Origin: the human T2T-CHM13v2.0 reference genome, Homo sapiens
Direction: 5' to 3' (one strand)
NCBI RefSeq assembly: GCF_009914755.1
Contig: NC_060947.1
DNA: 64,000 nucleotides
Shown here: positions 52,994-64,000 of the stretch, one piece after another
Numbering within the stretch: position 1 is the first letter of the stretch
How the letters are laid out: each line of letters starts with the position of its first letter
Made by a program: the position numbers and the translations under genes
Notes under the pieces: generated by a model
What the model saw: the letters and a program-made list of their open reading frames with translations, nothing else
Databases searched by the model: none
Told to the model about the DNA's origin: nothing

Positions 52994-53682
52994 AGGGCTT
53001 GAGGGTTCCAGCAAACATCTCTGCCATCTGTCTGCCTGCTTTTTCTGTCACTTCTGAAATTCTGGTATCATGCCCGTGGTCAAAGCAACTAACTTCTGTG
53101 GCTACTAGAACTTTCTTCCTGCTTTTCTCACTCTGCACTTCCTGCTGCTGTCAATGAAACTCAGCTTCTTATTCCCAGGCACTCTCAGAGTGAGGATCCA
53201 TAGGAGGCTTTGATTCTCAGGACAGATAACCCCATCTTTCCTCTGGTTCTGACCTATTTTTCTGTGTCCTTGTTACTGTGGTCATACCCAGAGAAGTAAC
53301 ATTTTGTCTTGAATTTGTAAAAATCTCTACCTTTCCCCACAAAGGGATTTCAGCACAGTGGCTATTTTAACAGATACCGTGCAGCACGTACCACACGTTC
53401 CCTTCCTGAGTCCTTGAAAGTAATTTTCAGCTTTTGATCGGCTATATTGTTCTTCCCAGCTACATTTTGGGAAGTCCAGCAGAATAACTTGCTACTCTTT
53501 TAAAGGTCCTAATGATAAAACGAAACAAAACATCCCCTTTTTATCATCACCCACAAAGCCCTAATGCGTGCAACAAAGATTGTGAAACGTCCAGGGAACA
53601 GTTTGTGAGACAGAAAGGATGGCTTTGTTGATTAGCAAAAAGCTGGAACGTGGACACCGGCAACACAACAGGATTGGGACCC
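52994..53682 (+). repeat. Copy A of a local ~690-bp low-copy duplication
   Basis: 52994-53629 matches the reverse complement of 62222-63161 (excluding an Alu); 53614-53682 matches 63215-63283 in direct orientation. Confidence 0.95.
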
Positions 53683-54883
53683 GCCTTCTTCAAGTGAAAC
53701 AAAGTTGGAATTATTTTCAATTTTAATGTTAAATGGTTTTTTTGTTTGTTTCCAAATTATTTGAAAAGTTACTAATCCAAGCGTGGTATGAGTGGTATCA
53801 TTTTGGTAATTAGATTAATGCACTACCAGATCCTAGAATTTCCCACTTTACCAAATAAAAGAATGTTCTGTGGAATTCTCCTAGACCAAGACAGGCTTTT
53901 CCCCTGAGCAATAGTGATAAAGTTGTCTAAATACATGAACTGGTGGCATTTTTCAAAAAGTAATAATGTTATAATCAAGAGGTGGTGTTGCTATGTTGCC
54001 CAGGCTGGTCTTGAACTCCCAGTCTCAAGTGATCTGCCAGCCTTGGCCTCCCAAAGTGCTGGGATTACAGGCATGAGCCACCGTGCCTGATGGTGGCATT
54101 TTGTCTTCTTCACAGAAAAAGTTAAAAGATGAGTTGGATGACATTGTGAATTGTGAACAACATAGTGAGATCCCGTCCCTTAAAAAAAAAAACCAAAAAT
54201 TAGCCACGTGTGGTGGTGTACCCCTGTAGTCCCAGCTACTCAGGAGGCTGAGATGGGAGGATCATCTGAGTCTGGGAGGCCAAGGCTACAGAGAGCTGAG
54301 ATTGCATTGCTGCGCTCAAGCCTGGGTGACAGAGTGAGACCCTGTCTCAAAAACAAAACAAAACACTGCCTATTTTATTTATTTATTTATTTTGTAGAGA
54401 TTAAGGGGGGGGTCTCACTATGCTGTCCAGGCCGATCTCAAATTCCTGATGTCAAGTGATTCTCCTGCCTTGGCCTCCCAAAATGCTGGGATTACAGGGG
54501 TCTTTAAATGCTGGGGATTGGCATCTTTAAAATGAACACACTGTTTTAGTTTAAGAGACTAAAGAGGTGCATGTGTATGGAATAAATGAGCCTGGACTGA
54601 ATCTTGTCTTTTAAAAAAGTTATAAAAGATGTATGGGACAACTGGGGAAAATTAAACATGGACTGGATATTAAGTGATATTAGGGAATTATTGCTAATTG
54701 TCTTAGGTGTGTAAACGTAACATGATAATGTAAGAGAATGTACTTACTTTTAGGAGATGCATGCTGAAGAATTTAGAATTGAAGGAGATTGCTGTCTGCA
54801 ACTTACTTTCAAATGGCTGGAGGCCGAGCACAGTGGCTCATGCCTGTAATCCCAGCACTTTGGGAGGCCCAGGCAGCGAATCA

Positions 54884-55214
<331 letters not shown>

Positions 55215-55342
55215 CTACATAAACATTTCCTTATATCTGTACAGAGGCAGTTTCACGTAGTAATTAAGATTCTGGAGCTGGCTGGGCGTGGTGGCTCACG
55301 CCTGTAATCCCAGCACTTTGGGAGGCCGAGACGGGCGGATCA

Positions 55343-55628
<286 letters not shown>

Positions 55629-55779
55629 TCACAACTAGCCGACTGTGTGGCCTTGGGCACGTTATTTTTCTTTGCTGGACCTCACATGACCCCAGTGCTC
55701 AGTCTGGAAATTTTTGCCTGATGACATTTTAATAATTATTAAATCTAGATGGTGGACATATGAACATTTATTGTACTAG

Positions 55780-56031
<252 letters not shown>

Positions 56032-56578
56032 TGATCCACCCACCTCAGCCTCCCAGAGTGCTGGGATTACAGGAGTGAGCCACCGTGCCCAGCCATGTGC
56101 AAAACCTTAAGTAAGCTGGGCTCAGTGGCTCACGCCTGTAATCCCAACACTTTGGGAGGCTGAGGTGGGTGGATCATGAGGCCAGGAGTTCGAGACCAGC
56201 CTGACCAACATAGTGAAACCCCCATCTCTACTAAAGATATAAAAATTAGCCGAGTGTGGTTGCAGGGGCCTGTTATCCCAGCTACTCTGGAGGCAGGAAA
56301 TTGCTTGAACCCGGGAGGCAGAGGTTGCAGTGAGCTGAGATTGCACTCTGGCCTGGGCGAAAGAGTGAAACTACCTCTCAAAAAAAAAAAAAAAAAAAAA
56401 AAAGTGTGCAGATAACCTTGGTTAGTGTTTTAGAATATATTACTTTAAAACAATCCCAAACTTACAGAAAAGTCACAGGTATAGTACACATAACTTTTCT
56501 CTCTGAACCACTTAAAGTTAAGGTGCTTAGTCACATACTTTGGTTGAAAAAAATAATTGTTAACCTGATGCCTGATCA

Positions 56579-56737
<159 letters not shown>

Positions 56738-56798
56738 CTACTAAAAATACAAAAATTAGCCAGATGTGGTGGCGGGCGCCTACAGTCCCAGATACTCA

Positions 56799-56954
<156 letters not shown>

Positions 56955-57757
56955 TCAAAATGTAATATGTTATTACCATCTAATCTCAAACCCCATTTAA
57001 GTTTTATCAGTTGTCTCAATAAGGTCCTTTCTAGTCAGGCATGGTGGCTCGCGTCTGTAATTCTAGCACGTTAGGAAGTTGAGGTGGGCAGATTGCTTGA
57101 GCCCAGGAGTTCCAGACCAGCTAGGGCAACATAGGGAGATCCTGTCTCCACAAAAAATACAAAAACCATCTGAGCCTGTTGGTTCGAGCCTGCAGTCACA
57201 GCTACTCAGGAAGCTGAGGTGGGAGGATCCTTTGAACCCAGGAGGTCAAGGCTGCAGTGAGCTGTGATTGCGCCACTGCACTCCAGCCTGGGCAACCGAG
57301 GGAGAACCTGTCTCAAAAAAAAAAAAAAAAAAAAAAAAAGGAAGAAGTCCAGGCCCGGTGGCTCGTGCCTGTAATCCCAGCAGTTTGGGAGGCTGAAGCC
57401 GGTGGATCACCTGAGGTCAGGGATTCGAGACCAGCCTAGGCAAAATGGTGAAACCCCGTCTCTACTAAAAATACAAAAATTAGCTGGGTGTGGTGGTGCA
57501 CCCCTGTAATCCCAGCTACTGAGGCATGCGAATCACCTGAACCCAGGAGGCGGAGGCTGCAGAGAGCCGAGATTGCGCCACTGCACTTCCAGCCTGGGCA
57601 ACAGAGTGAGACTGTCTCAAAAAAAAAAAAAAAAAAGAAATTCTGGACTTTCATGACCTTGATACTTTTGAAGGTTAGAAGCCTGTTATTTTGTAGCCTG
57701 TCCCTCAGTTTGGGTTTGTCTGATGTTTCCTTCTGGCTAGGTCAGGTTCTGCATCTT

Positions 57758-61370
<3,613 letters not shown>

Positions 61371-61606
61371 TTGTATTTTTTGTGATCCTCCCACCTCAGC
61401 CTCTAGAGTAGTTGGGACCACAAGCGCAGAACGCAACGCCTCGCCTCGTCCCACCCCAAGCCGCCCCGCCTCGCCTTGCCTCGCCTCATTCTTTTTTTAG
61501 ATGGAGTCTTGCTCTGTTGCCCAGGCTGGAGTGCAGTGGTGCGATCTCAGCTTACTGCAACCTCTCCCGGGTTCAAGTGATTCTCCTGCCTCAGCCTTCC
61601 AAGTAG

Positions 61607-62047
<441 letters not shown>

Positions 62048-62221
62048 TGAGTAGCTGGGATTGCAGGCGCCTGCCACTGCGCCTGGATAATTTTTGTATT
62101 TTTAGTGGAGAAGGGGTTTCACCATGTTGGCCAGGCAGGTCTTGAACTCCTGACCTTGTGATCCACCCACCTCGATCTCCCAAAGTGCTGGGATTATAGG
62201 CATGAGCCATCATGCCTGGCC

Positions 62222-63437
<1,216 letters not shown>

Positions 63438-63598
63438 TAATCCACATCGCCTGGCTAATTTTTGTATTTTTAGTAGACACAAGGTTTCACTATGCTGGCC
63501 AGGCTGGTCTCGAACACCTGAGCTCAAGTGATCCACCTGCCTCGACCTCCCAAAGTGCTGGAATTACAGGTCTGAGCCACCGTGGTGGTCATAAATAA

Positions 63599-63745
<147 letters not shown>

Positions 63746-64000
63746 TGATTTTTGTATTTTTTGTCGAGACGGGGTTTCACCATGTTGGCCAGGCTGGTCT
63801 CGAGCTCCTGGGCTCGAGCCATCCTCTTGCCTTGGCCTCCCAAAGTGCTAGGATTACAGGTGTGAGCCACTGCCCCTGGCTGGATTGCTTCATTTTAAAC
63901 ACTATAAAATAAATATCTCACCCTCACCGGTAAATACACATATCTCCCCCTACTCCGTTTTTAACACTACAGGGCAACATTCTGAATTGAAATGTTCCAT

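Noticed and set aside
52547-53200. Possible decayed - strand coding exon ending at a GTGAGT donor
   Set aside because: Frames contain stops and a MER30 insertion, and I recognise no homologous protein

Overview
Mammalian genomic DNA, almost certainly human Xp11 (primate Alu and L1PA repeats plus recognisable proteins). The + strand carries three housekeeping genes in tandem: the last three exons of UBA1, the complete CDK16/PCTAIRE-1 gene (15 coding exons that I summed to 1491 nt, 496 aa) and the complete USP11 gene (21 exons, 2892 nt, 963 aa). From about 34 kb to the end the sequence is intergenic and very Alu-dense. It also holds L1, MST and MER21 LTR, MER1 and MER30 relics and an Alu-interrupted NICN1 processed pseudogene on the - strand. 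I see no convincing new biological system. The most unusual observations are: a ~690-bp local duplication whose second copy was later inverted through an Alu, splitting that Alu's target-site duplication (TSD); a hidden ~39-bp-period decayed tandem array in CDK16 intron 1; strong-context uORFs in both CDK16 first exons; and the NICN1 retrocopy sitting next to the paralogue of its parent's neighbour. Coordinates were read by eye. Repeat family names come from recalled consensus sequences and need RepeatMasker/Dfam confirmation.
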